In this document: positions 28,327 to 38,190 of the stretch, one piece after another
Layout of the letters: the number at the start of each line of letters is the position of its first letter
Position numbering within the stretch: the first letter of the stretch is position 1
Origin: Candidatus Spongiisociaceae bacterium
GTDB taxonomy: Bacteria > Actinomycetota > Acidimicrobiia > Spongiisociales > Spongiisociaceae
Direction of reading: 5' to 3'
DNA: 64,000 bases
Assembly (NCBI GenBank): GCA_965262915.1
Contig: OZ253564.1
Span: 1,856,001-1,920,000 of the forward strand
Made by a program: the position numbers and the translations under genes
The notes under the pieces: generated by a model
The model's database searches: none
What the model saw: the letters and a program-made list of their open reading frames with translations, nothing else
Told to the model about the DNA's origin: nothing

Positions 28327-30681
28327 TCAGCCGGTCAAGCGCGCCGCGCGGAGCCAGGAATCCGCGAGATCGCGGTTGTCGGCGATCCATTCGGCGGCGT
28401 GGCGTTTGATGTCCTCCTCAGTGGCCTCACCGCCCTGCATACGGACGTTCTGGAGGGCCACGTCGACCGGGTTGATGGTGAACAACTCGAACAGTCGGGC
28501 CGCGGCCGGGTTAGCGGCCAGGAAGTCGTTGTTGGCGGTCACCCTGATATCGGCCGCGTCCCAGCCCAGCAGGCACGGGTCGGAGGTGCACCGGTCACCG
28601 AGTGATGACGGGCCTTCTATCTGCGTGGGCGAGATCGACGGATCTTCGTGGATGGAGACCCATACCGCATTGTCGCCCGGACGCAGATCGCTGACGTAAT
28701 GAGACGGCGCCCAGGTGTAAACCAGGTAAGGCTCCCCGGCTCCGTCCCTGGCGATAGCATCCGCGATCATCGCGTCATAACCGCCGACATCGAACTGCTC
28801 GATGTTGCCCCAGCCGGCATTCTCGATCCAGGAGTTGATGTTGACGTGGCATCCCCATCCATCCGGGCAACCATATATCTGAAGTATGCCGTCGCCCGGC
28901 GAGGGGTCAGCCGCCTCGTACACAGCGAACTGGTCCGGATCGGCGAGCAGGGCATCGAGAGTGGTCAGCCCGTGTTCGTCAGCGAAGGCCTTGTTGGTGA
29001 TCAGCCCTTGCACTCCCGATCTGGCCATCTCCCGGCCCAAGCTGGTGACGTGTTCACTCACCAACGAGCCATCGGGCATCGCAGCGGCCAGGAACTGGTC
29101 GTGGTTCGGGAACCACGAGTTGACCCAGAAGTCGAACTCACCGTTGGCCATCGCCACGAAGGCGTTGGACGGCGCCAACTCCAGATCCTCGGGGTCGCTC
29201 ACCCCATACCCCAGCTCCTCCAACAGAGCCGCGTAGATAGCAGCCTGCAGATAACCGGTCGACCAGTTAGCCCGCGCCATCGTCGCCGAAACCCCCGAAC
29301 CGGGCGTCTCGTCAACCGGGACCCTGGCTATCGCCAGCCATACATCGACGGTGGCGCGGTTGTCGGCGATCCATTCGGCGGCGTGGCGTTTGATGTCCTC
29401 CTCAGTGGCCTCACCGCCCTGCATACGGACGTTCTGGAGGGCCACGTCGACCGGGTTGATGGTGAACAACTCGAACAGTCGGGCCGCGGCCGGGTTAGCG
29501 GCCAGGAAGTCGTTGTTGGCGGTCACCCTGATATCGGCCGCGTCCCAGCCCAGCAGGCACGGGTCGGAGGTGCACCGGTCACCGAGTGATGACGGGCCTT
29601 CTATCTGCGTGGGCGAGATCGACGGATCTTCGTGGATGGAGACCCATACCGCATTGTCGCCCGGACGCAGATCGCTGACGTAATGAGACGGCGCCCAGGT
29701 GTAAACCAGGTAAGGCTCCCCGGCTCCGTCCCTGGCGATAGCATCCGCGATCATCGCGTCATAACCGCCGACATCGAACTGCTCGATGTTGCCCCAGCCG
29801 GCATTCTCGATCCAGGAGTTGATGTTGACGTGGCATCCCCATCCATCCGGGCAACCATATATCTGAAGTATGCCGTCGCCCGGCGAGGGGTCAGCCGCCT
29901 CGTACACAGCGAACTGGTCCGGATCGGCGAGCAGGGCATCGAGAGTGGTCAGCCCGTGTTCGTCAGCGAAGGCCTTGTTGGTGATCAGCCCTTGCACTCC
30001 CGATCTGGCCATCTCCCGGCCCAAGCTGGTGACGTGTTCACTCACCAACGAGCCATCGGGCATCGCAGCGGCCAGGAACTGGTCGTGGTTCGGGAACCAC
30101 GAGTTGACCCAGAAGTCGAACTCACCGTTGGCCATCGCCACGAAGGCGTTGGACGGCGCCAACTCCAGATCCTCGGGGTCGCTCACCCCATACCCCAGCT
30201 CCTCCAACAGAGCCGCGTAGATAGCAGCCTGCAGATAACCGGTCGACCAGTTAGCCCGCGCCATCGTCACCGACACCCCCGCCCCGGGGCCTTTGCCAGC
30301 CTCTTCCAGCGCCATTTGAGCCTCTTCTGCGGCCATTTGAGCCTCTTCTGCGGTCTTCTGAGCCTCTTCAAGCCCCATTTGAGCCTCTTCTGCGGTCTTC
30401 TGAGCCTCTTCCAGCGCCGTTTGAGCCTCTTCGCCACCTTCCTCGGCCGCCGCTTCAGCTTCCGCCAGCGCGGCCTGGGCCGCCTCCAACTCAGCTTCGG
30501 CTCCGGCCAGAGCGGCGTTAGCTGCCTCTTCCGCGGCCTTGGCTGCCTCTTGGGCGCTGGTGTCGATGACGGTGACGGGAGGCTGCGTCTCGGTCGGGGC
30601 CTCCGGTTCGTCGTCCCCGCAGGCCACAGCCAGCAGTGCGAACACCGCCAGCACCGCTAATGCATTTCTCATTCGAGTCAT
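28327..30681 (-). CDS. proX: ProX-like substrate-binding lipoprotein with two tandem binding domains
   Basis: Lipobox LLAVAC; EEAQ heptad repeats; the domain MARANWSTGYLQA...AAEWIADNR occurs twice. Confidence 0.87.
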   Translation of the reverse strand: MTRMRNALAVLAVFALLAVACGDDEPEAPTETQPPVTVIDTSAQEAAKAAEEAANAALAGAEAELEAAQAALAEAEAAAEEGGEEAQTALEEAQKTAEEAQMGLEEAQKTAEEAQMAAEEAQMALEEAGKGPGAGVSVTMARANWSTGYLQAAIYAALLEELGYGVSDPEDLELAPSNAFVAMANGEFDFWVNSWFPNHDQFLAAAMPDGSLVSEHVTSLGREMARSGVQGLITNKAFADEHGLTTLDALLADPDQFAVYEAADPSPGDGILQIYGCPDGWGCHVNINSWIENAGWGNIEQFDVGGYDAMIADAIARDGAGEPYLVYTWAPSHYVSDLRPGDNAVWVSIHEDPSISPTQIEGPSSLGDRCTSDPCLLGWDAADIRVTANNDFLAANPAAARLFELFTINPVDVALQNVRMQGGEATEEDIKRHAAEWIADNRATVDVWLAIARVPVDETPGSGVSATMARANWSTGYLQAAIYAALLEELGYGVSDPEDLELAPSNAFVAMANGEFDFWVNSWFPNHDQFLAAAMPDGSLVSEHVTSLGREMARSGVQGLITNKAFADEHGLTTLDALLADPDQFAVYEAADPSPGDGILQIYGCPDGWGCHVNINSWIENAGWGNIEQFDVGGYDAMIADAIARDGAGEPYLVYTWAPSHYVSDLRPGDNAVWVSIHEDPSISPTQIEGPSSLGDRCTSDPCLLGWDAADIRVTANNDFLAANPAAARLFELFTINPVDVALQNVRMQGGEATEEDIKRHAAEWIADNRDLADSWLRAARLTG
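28371..30268. repeat. 914-bp direct repeat, period 984 bp (28371-29284 and 29355-30268)
   Basis: Both copies read identical by eye; identical shadow ORFs in the track are offset by 984. Confidence 0.9.
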
Positions 30682-30751
30682 TCCGGACCCTCCTCTTCTC
30701 GTCTCGGTTCTGGTTCTCTGTCTTTCTACGTACGGCGGTGTGGGTTCATTG

Positions 30752-32920
30752 TTACGTTCCCTGCGCAACCAACTCCTCTAGTTCGGTCTTCGCGGAATCC
30801 TCGGCCTGATCCATCAGGCTCCTTTCCCCCGCGTACACCTTGGTCCTCCGGAACTCCCTCAGCACCCAGCGGGAGGAGGCGAAGAGGAAAAACCCGGCCA
30901 GCAGGCACAGGAACGAGCCCGGCCCGCTGACGAAATTCGGGTCGGAGACGCGTACCAGCGAAGCGATCCATCCCGCCGACACCAACATCACTCCTACCCC
31001 GAGGGCGGAGACCGCCACGCTCGACCTCCAGCGCCGTCGCTCGTCGCGGCCCAACAACCCGGCTGCCGGTAGGTTGAGCAGAAGAGCCACCACGCCTAGC
31101 CACATGGTCAGGTATCCGAGGCGGGGTCCTGCCTCGTCGAAGCCGTCGGTACGGATGGGATTCTTGCGTTGCGCCTCGGCGGCCAGCGCCGCGATTTCTG
31201 TTGCGTTAAGCGCAGCCTTGGAGGGATCCGCCCGCGCTTCCTGTTCGAGGCGGTCCATCTCGGCCTGCAATTCGGGGGTGATAACCGACGCTACGCGCGT
31301 GTCGACCGACCAAGATGACAGTCCGGCCGCCAACACCATCCCGAAGATCCCCACCGACAGGAGGATACGGGTGATGGACACGGTGGACCGCAACGGACGT
31401 AACGGGCTGTAGGGGGCGTTTCGCATCCATACAGCGGCGCCGGCCACGGCGACTATCCCACCACCCAGCGCCATCCACACCCCGATGCCGTGGCTGTGGG
31501 ACACGGCGTCTGTCGGCGGATCGATCCACAGGTAGCCGACCGCCGAAGCCAGCAGGCCCGCGGCGAACATCAGGGCCCCGTCGGCCCCGAACCAGCGGGC
31601 CACCTCGCCCGGTTTGGTCAGCGTGGTCAGCGCGGAGCCCACAATCAGCAGGCTCATGGCCAGCACGGCGATCCCGAGGAAACTACCTCCCTCGGCGGCC
31701 AAGCCGTTGAAGGTCATCCCACCTAGGTCCAAGTCGAACTCCCGGCCGTAGGCCGAGATGCGGCCCGAGTCGCGTCCCCACGGTAGGAACACCGAGACCA
31801 GCCCCACTACCGCCCCCACCAGGGCGATCAGCACCCCCGCCCTCTCCGCGTTCTCCACTGGCGCCGGAGTCCCTTCCACAGCTAGATCGGTGATGATGTC
31901 CTCAGCAGGGGTCTCGTCCAGCAAGACTTCCGGATCCCGCCGATGCGCCCATGCCGCGCGGATGCGGGCGAACAGGTTGGCGCCCTCTCCGGCCTCGGTC
32001 TGGGAGATGCGGTCCAGAACCACCGCCACGATGAACAGCGCCAGCCCGGCAGAGGTCGACAGTGGGGTGTCGATGTTCAGAACCGCCCTGTACACCAAGA
32101 GGCCCAGTCCGCTGGCCCCCATGATGGCGGCGATACCGATCATCGAAATCGCCAGGAGCAGGGTCTGGTTGAGGCCGGTCATGATGGCGGGACGGGCCAG
32201 CGGTATCTGGACGTCGATGAGCACCCGCAGTTCCGACGCTCCGTAGGCGCGGCTGGCCTCCACCACGTCGGCGGGCACTTGGCGAACTCCGAGGTTGGTG
32301 AGGCGGATCAGGGGCGGAATAGCGAACACCATCGTCACCATCGTGGCCGGCTCCGGACCGAGACCGAAGAAGAAGATGAAGGGGATGATGTAGACGTAGG
32401 CATGGACCACCTGCATGGCGTCGAGGACCGGGCGTACCACCTTCCAGACCCCATCGATACGGCCAGATAGTACGCCTAGGGGAATCCCGACGATGGCGCA
32501 GATCACCACCGCTACCACGATCAGTCCGATCGTCGTAACGGTCTCCTCCCAGAACTCGTTGCCCAGCAGCCCGCATACCGCTAGCAGCAGGGCCAGAGCT
32601 ATTCCCACCTTCAGGTTGCGGGTGATCATCCCGACCACTAACACCCCTCCGCATACCAAGACCCAGGACATGTCGGTGATCTCCCACCACGGGTGGTATT
32701 CGGGTCCGTTGACGAAGTTCCGGAACAGGAACGAGAACGGCCACTCGATGATGTCGAGGAGGGTCCCCAAGTTGGCGACGCTCCACGACACCATCTCGTC
32801 CATCCAGGATCCGAACGGTATCTCCCACGCGTCGAGAATGGCGTTGTCCCAGAAAGGGACGCTCTCCTCGGTGTCGGGGCCCTGGACGAGGATGGTGGCG
32901 ATGTGTGTGAGCAATGTCAT
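30752..32920 (-). CDS. proW: Second ProW-like permease with long C-terminal extension
   Basis: Paralog of 24687-26855, same motifs and same 722-aa length. Confidence 0.88.
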   Translation of the reverse strand: MTLLTHIATILVQGPDTEESVPFWDNAILDAWEIPFGSWMDEMVSWSVANLGTLLDIIEWPFSFLFRNFVNGPEYHPWWEITDMSWVLVCGGVLVVGMITRNLKVGIALALLLAVCGLLGNEFWEETVTTIGLIVVAVVICAIVGIPLGVLSGRIDGVWKVVRPVLDAMQVVHAYVYIIPFIFFFGLGPEPATMVTMVFAIPPLIRLTNLGVRQVPADVVEASRAYGASELRVLIDVQIPLARPAIMTGLNQTLLLAISMIGIAAIMGASGLGLLVYRAVLNIDTPLSTSAGLALFIVAVVLDRISQTEAGEGANLFARIRAAWAHRRDPEVLLDETPAEDIITDLAVEGTPAPVENAERAGVLIALVGAVVGLVSVFLPWGRDSGRISAYGREFDLDLGGMTFNGLAAEGGSFLGIAVLAMSLLIVGSALTTLTKPGEVARWFGADGALMFAAGLLASAVGYLWIDPPTDAVSHSHGIGVWMALGGGIVAVAGAAVWMRNAPYSPLRPLRSTVSITRILLSVGIFGMVLAAGLSSWSVDTRVASVITPELQAEMDRLEQEARADPSKAALNATEIAALAAEAQRKNPIRTDGFDEAGPRLGYLTMWLGVVALLLNLPAAGLLGRDERRRWRSSVAVSALGVGVMLVSAGWIASLVRVSDPNFVSGPGSFLCLLAGFFLFASSRWVLREFRRTKVYAGERSLMDQAEDSAKTELEELVAQGT

Positions 32921-33602
32921 AGATAGGTTTCCCGTTCGAAGCCGTCGATCGGTTGCTCCACCCGTCCCATCTCCTCGATGATGTGGCGCGGATCCAGGTT
33001 GCCCACCAGCCTGCCGTCCTCGTCCATCAGCAGGATGTCGGGATCGGAAGCCAGCGCTCGGGCGAGGCCGACCCGCTGCTGGCGGCCGCCGGATAGCTCG
33101 CGCGGGAGATTGCCGGCGTACGGTTCGAGACCCGCCAACGACAGGGCTTCATCGCGGCTTCGTCCCGCTCTGATTTGTCGACACCCCCGACGTTGAGCCC
33201 GTGGCCGACGTTGTCGATCATGTTCCGATGCGGGAACAAGGCGAAATGCTGGAACACCATCCCGATCTTCTGGCGGCTGGAAGCCTGGAGTCGGGCCCGT
33301 CGAGTGCTTGGACAGCGATACCGTCCACCCACACCTGGCCGGCTGTGGCCTCAAAGAGCTTGTTGACCGTGCGCAGAGCCGTGGACCTACCCGATCCGGA
33401 AAGGCCGATGAGCACGAAGATCTCGCCTGTCGAGGCCGAGAAGCTGACATCCATGATGCCGATGACATGGCCGCAATGTCCCAGCACCTCATCTTTGCTC
33501 ACCCCGGCCCGAGCGAGATCGAAGGCCCGGCCGTGCGGTTGGGGACCAAAGATTCCTATAGACGCTCTGCAAGCGTATCAGCGCGCTGTCGGCCTCCACC
33601 AC
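32917..33602 (-). pseudogene. proV: proV paralog: multiple frameshifts and a large internal deletion
   Basis: Fragments in three frames ([10 protein letters not shown]; [15 protein letters not shown]; [26 protein letters not shown] fused directly to [19 protein letters not shown]). Confidence 0.9.
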
Positions 33603-33716
33603 GGCGCTCCTCCCCGACTGGTCTCCGGCGCCCTGGCGTGAGACTCTGCGGACTGCCAGGCGCCTCAGTTTGACCTTAGTGGAGGGCTAGTCGCTTCGCC
33701 TTCCGAATCGGGATAT

Positions 33717-33751
33717 GTTTCACGATACGGTACTGTTCCGCATCGTAGCAC
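33717..33751. promoter_or_regulatory. Tandem 17-bp operator pair between divergent ABC operon 2 and fhs
   Basis: GTTTCA-CGATA-CGGTAC t GTTCCG-CATCG-TAGCAC. Confidence 0.65.
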
Positions 33752-33805
33752 GCGACGGATTAGCATGGCATCCGCATCAGCACCGACATCTCTCGCGGAG
33801 ACTCC

Positions 33806-35575
33806 ATGAGCGCCGGCAAAAGCTTCCCCTCCGATCTCGAGATCGCCCAAGCCGCCACACCGAGACCCATAGCCGAGATCGCCGAATCGATCGGTATCCG
33901 TCCCGGCGAGTTGATCCCCTACGGTTCCACCAAGGCCAAGGTCCACCTGGACATCCTCAAGCGGATCGGAAGCAACCCGACCGGCAGGTACGTGGACGTG
34001 ACCGCGGTCACGCCGACCCCGCTGGGCGAGGGGAAGACGACCACCACCATCGGTCTGGTGCAGGGTTTGGGGGCTCTGGGCAAGAAGGCCATTGCCACCA
34101 TCCGCCAACCGTCGATGGGTCCCACCTTCGGGATCAAGGGCGGTGCGGCCGGTGGTGGTCACAGCCAGGTCATACCAATGGACGAGTTCAACCTGCACCT
34201 CACGGGCGACATACATGCCATCAGCGTGGCGCACAACCTGGTGGCCGCCGCCATCGACGCCCGCTGGTACCACGAGCGGAGGCTGAGCGATTCCCAACTC
34301 GAGGCTCTCGGCATAGAGCGCCTGGACATCGATGTGTTCCAGACGCGCTGGCGGCGGGTGGTGGATGTCAATGATCGGGCGTTGCGCAATGTAGTGGTCG
34401 GTCTCGGAGGACGGATAGACGGCCGGCCTAGAGAGACGGGCTATGACATCACGGTCGCCTCGGAACTGATGGCGATCCTGGCTCTTGCCGACGGTAACGA
34501 CTATGCCTCGGCGCTACGCAACCTCCGGAACCGTTGCGCCCGCGTCGTCATTGGCAATGACAAGGGCGGCCGGCCGATCACTCTGGAGGACTTGGGGGTG
34601 GCGGGTGCGGTGACGGTGCTCATGCGCGACACCCTCCACCCGACCCTGATGCAGACGCTGGAGGGCCAGGCCGCCTTCGTCCACGCCGGGCCGTTTGCCA
34701 ACATCGCCCACGGGAACTCCTCGATCCTGGCCGATCGAGTAGCTCTTCAACTGGGCGACTACGTGATCACGGAATCCGGGTTCGGGTCCGACATGGGCAT
34801 GGAGAAGTTCATCGACATCAAGTGCCGGGTCTCCGGGTTGGTCCCCGATGCCGTGGTTCTCGTGGCGACGGTGAGGGCTCTCAAGACGCACGGAGGCGGT
34901 CCCAAAGTAGTGGCCGGGCGAGCGCTCGATGAGGCCTACACCAACGAGAACCTCCCGCTGCTGCAGGCCGGGTTGACCAACCTTGTTGCTCACATCGAGG
35001 GAGCTCGCCGATTCGGGTTGCGAGTGGTGGTGGCGGTGAACTCGTTTCCCACCGACACCCGGAACGAGATTGATACCGTGAAGCGGGCGGCTCTCGAGGC
35101 CGGGGCGCTTGCGGCGGTGACCGCCTCGCACTGGGCCGACGGGGGGAGTGGGGCTACGGACCTGGCCCGGGCTGTGATCGATGCCTGCGAGGAACCCAAC
35201 GACTTCCGGTTCCTCTATCCGCTGGAACACTCCATCAAACAGAAGATCGAGACCGTCGCCACCGATGTGTACGGCGCCGCCGGAGTGGAGTACTCGCCGC
35301 GGGCGGAGCGGGACATCTCCGGGTTCGAGAAGGACGGATTCGGTTACCTCCCCATATGCATGGCCAAGACACCCCTGTCGATTTCCCACGATCCGAAGCT
35401 GAAAGGGCGCCCCAGCGGGTACCGGCTGCCGGTCCGCGAGGTGAGAGCATCCGTAGGGGCAGGGTTCCTGATTCCGATCTTGGGGGCGATCAGCACCATG
35501 CCCGGCCTTGGCACCAAGCCGGCCTTCATGAACGTCGACATCGACGAGGACGGCAAGATCGTTGGGCTCTTCTGA
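33806..35575 (+). CDS. fhs: Formate--tetrahydrofolate ligase
   Basis: TPTPLGEGKTTT, GIKGGAAGGG, FNLHLTGD, HAGPFANIAHG, CMAKT, TMPGL. Confidence 0.97.
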   Translation: MSAGKSFPSDLEIAQAATPRPIAEIAESIGIRPGELIPYGSTKAKVHLDILKRIGSNPTGRYVDVTAVTPTPLGEGKTTTTIGLVQGLGALGKKAIATIRQPSMGPTFGIKGGAAGGGHSQVIPMDEFNLHLTGDIHAISVAHNLVAAAIDARWYHERRLSDSQLEALGIERLDIDVFQTRWRRVVDVNDRALRNVVVGLGGRIDGRPRETGYDITVASELMAILALADGNDYASALRNLRNRCARVVIGNDKGGRPITLEDLGVAGAVTVLMRDTLHPTLMQTLEGQAAFVHAGPFANIAHGNSSILADRVALQLGDYVITESGFGSDMGMEKFIDIKCRVSGLVPDAVVLVATVRALKTHGGGPKVVAGRALDEAYTNENLPLLQAGLTNLVAHIEGARRFGLRVVVAVNSFPTDTRNEIDTVKRAALEAGALAAVTASHWADGGSGATDLARAVIDACEEPNDFRFLYPLEHSIKQKIETVATDVYGAAGVEYSPRAERDISGFEKDGFGYLPICMAKTPLSISHDPKLKGRPSGYRLPVREVRASVGAGFLIPILGAISTMPGLGTKPAFMNVDIDEDGKIVGLF

Positions 35576-35756
35576 CTCGGTCCGCGAGCATGCGCACGAG
35601 CGGATCGCTCTCATCCGGTACCTAGTGGTCTGCCTGCAAGATGATTCGGCGCGCCCTGCTTGCCATCGACGCCCCTCGCCGCGTTCCGCCTCCTCGACGT
35701 ACCGCTGCGGGTACGCCTTCGTCGGCGGGCCTCGCGAGGAACGCCGCTGCCGGCGC

Positions 35757-36146
35757 ATGCCGCACCACCATCTCACAGACAGACCACTGGTCGACTGTCT
35801 CGACCTCGATCGGTCTGCGCAGTTCTGGGGTCCGCTCCTCGGCTTGCAGCCCGGGCGTCGGCTCGACAACTACCTGTTCATGGGTTCCGCCCTCCCCGGA
35901 TGCGATCTGGTTCTCCAACTCGTGGACCGGGTCACGACCGACAAAAGTCCCATCCATTTCGATATCGAAGGGCCGAATACGGAGGACTTCGAGAAGATCG
36001 TGGCCCGCGCGGAGCAACTCGGTGGCACAATCTTGGAGACAGTCGAGGAGGCCGAGTACACGTTGACGGTCATGACCGATCCTGACGGTAACGAGTTCTG
36101 TGTGAACCGGGTGCCATCAGGAGTGCCCGGCGGTAGCGACTCGTAG
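35757..36146 (+). CDS. VOC/glyoxalase family protein
   Basis: VDCLDLDRSAQFW, KSPIHFDI, VMTDPDGNEFCV; start uncertain. Confidence 0.75.
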   Translation: MPHHHLTDRPLVDCLDLDRSAQFWGPLLGLQPGRRLDNYLFMGSALPGCDLVLQLVDRVTTDKSPIHFDIEGPNTEDFEKIVARAEQLGGTILETVEEAEYTLTVMTDPDGNEFCVNRVPSGVPGGSDS

Positions 36147-36195
36147 CCGGCGGAGCACAACGCCCGTCGGGAGCGAAGGAAAAGGAGGTGTTCGA

Positions 36196-38079
36196 ATGCC
36201 GAAGGCGAAGCTTCCGCGTCTTACCACCCCGTATGTCAGGCGCGGCGGTGAGTTGGCGCCGACCACGTGGGATGAGGCGCTTACCGTCGCCGCGGCCGGG
36301 CTTGCGGCTCACAGCGGCCGTTCGTACGGGATGTTCTCGTGTTCCAAGGCCACCAACGAGATGAACTTCCTGGCCCAGAAGTTCTCCCGGATCGTCTTGG
36401 GGTCCAACAACATCGACTCGTGCAACCGCACCTGACACGCTCCCTCCGTCGCCGGTCTGGCGGCAGTTCTGGGACTGGGAGGCGGGACCTCATCCTACGA
36501 GGAGATCGAGACCACCGATGTGATCCTCCTGTGGGGTTCCAACGCGCGCGAGGCGCACCCGATCTTCTTCCACCACCTCATGAAGGGTGTGCGTAACGGC
36601 GCCACCATGTACGCGGTGGATCCGCGGCGGACCACCTCGGCTATGTGGGCAGATGTCTGGTTGGGGATCGACGTGGGTTCCGATATCGCTCTTGCCAACG
36701 CGGTGGGGCGCGAGATCATCGCGTCCGGCCTACACAACCAGGCGTTCATCGACCACGCCACCTACGGGTTCGAGGCTTATGCCGAAGCCGTCGAGCCCTG
36801 GACTCCGGAGCGGGGTTCCGAAGTGACGGGCCTTCCGGCCGGGGTGATCCGCCGGATGGCCCACGACTATGCAACGGCGGAGCAGGCGCAGATCTGCTGG
36901 ACGTTGGGCATCACCGAGCACCACAACGCCACCGACAACGTACTGGCCCTCATCAACCTGGCCCTGCTCACCGGTCATGTCGGTCGGTACGGCTCCGGTT
37001 TGGTGCCCATCAGAGGCCAGAACAACGTGCAGGGCGGCGGCGACATGGGTGCGCTGCCCGACAAGCTGCCCGGCTTCCAGGATGTCGAGGACCCGGTGGC
37101 CAGAGGCAAGTTCGAGGCGCTGTGGGGTCGATCCGTTCCCGACCGGGCCGGGAAGCACATTTCCTTGATGCTCGAGGCCATGGAGCACAAGGAGATCACC
37201 GCCCTGTACGTGATCGGCGAGAACCCCGCACAGTCCGAGGCCCGTTCGGACCATGTACGGGAGATCCTGTCGGGGCTCGAATTCATGCTGGTGCAGGACA
37301 TGTTCATGACCCGGACCGCCCAGCTGGCCGATGTCGTACTTCCCGCGGCGGCGGGATGGGCGGAAACGGAGGGCACCGTGACGTCCTCCGAGAGGCGGGT
37401 ACAGCGGGTCCGGAGGGCCCTCGATCCCCCCGGGGACGCCAAGGACGACCTCGAGATCATCTCCGCGCTCGCCGACCGGATGGGCAAAGGCTGGGGGTAC
37501 CCCACTGGCGAGGAGGTGTGGGACGAACTGAGAAGTCTGTCGCCGCTGCACGGGGGCATGTCGTACCGGCGGCTCGAAGAGTCAGGTGGTCTCCAATGGC
37601 CCTGCCCCGACGAAGACCATCCGGGCACGCTGTTCCTCCACGGTGGGCTCTGGGAGGATCCCATGCCCCGGGATCCGGTCCCGTTCATGCCCACTCCGTG
37701 GGCGCCCCCGGTGGACGAGCTGACCGAGGAGTTTCCCATCCGTCTCACCACGGGACGTCGCCTCGACTCCTACAACACCGGAGTCCAATCAGGCGGATAC
37801 GGCTCACCCCTGCGGGTCGCCGCGGCCATCGAGATGGCGCCGGAGGACGGCGCGGCGCTTGCTCTGTCGGAGGGCGAGATGGTCAGCGTTACCTCGAGGC
37901 GGGGAACCCTCGAAGTTCCGGTGTTCTTCCATCGGTCTCTCCGTCCCGGACTGGCCTTCATGGCGGTCCACAATCCCGACGAGGCAGATGTGAACCTGCT
38001 CACCGTGGATGTGTGGGATCCGAAGTCGGGTACCGCGGAGTTCAAAGCCACCGCGGTCCGTGTAGAACCCGTTGCCTAG
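36196..38079 (+). CDS. fdhF: Formate dehydrogenase catalytic (Mo/W-bisPGD) subunit, selenocysteine-containing (UGA 36433-36435)
   Basis: ORFs 36196-36435 and 36520-38079 are in frame; read-through gives NNIDSCNRT-U-HAPSVAGL; also IRGQNNVQGGGDMG, EGTVTSSERR, AEFKATAV. Confidence 0.93.
36436..36466 (+). promoter_or_regulatory. Bacterial SECIS element
   Basis: GTCGCC-GGTCT-GGCGGC hairpin 12 nt after the UGA; position and GGUCU apex resemble E. coli fdhF. Confidence 0.8.
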
Positions 38080-38177
38080 GAGGGTGGTGTGAAACCCCTT
38101 CACGGCCCGTCGACCGATGACATAATGCCTGTTCAGAGGAAGACGGGCCGTTGCTCCCACCGTTTTAGACCACCTTC
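38080..38177. mobile_element. MITE family A copy 1 (98 bp)
   Basis: TIRs GAGGGTGGTGTGAAAC / GTTTTAGACCACCTTC; CTAG duplicated on both sides; internal ACGGCCCGTC/GACGGGCCGT stem. Confidence 0.85.
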
Positions 38178-38190
38178 CTAGGAGGATCCC

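Noticed and set aside
36196-36435. Separate 79-aa protein or nonsense pseudogene
   Set aside because: The UGA is at the catalytic Cys/Sec position and has a SECIS; treated as one selenoprotein gene.
38112-38145. Hammerhead ribozyme core (CCGATGA...GAAG) in the repeated element
   Set aside because: Deviates from CUGAUGA/GAAA and has no convincing stem II; TIRs plus TSDs explain the element as a MITE.
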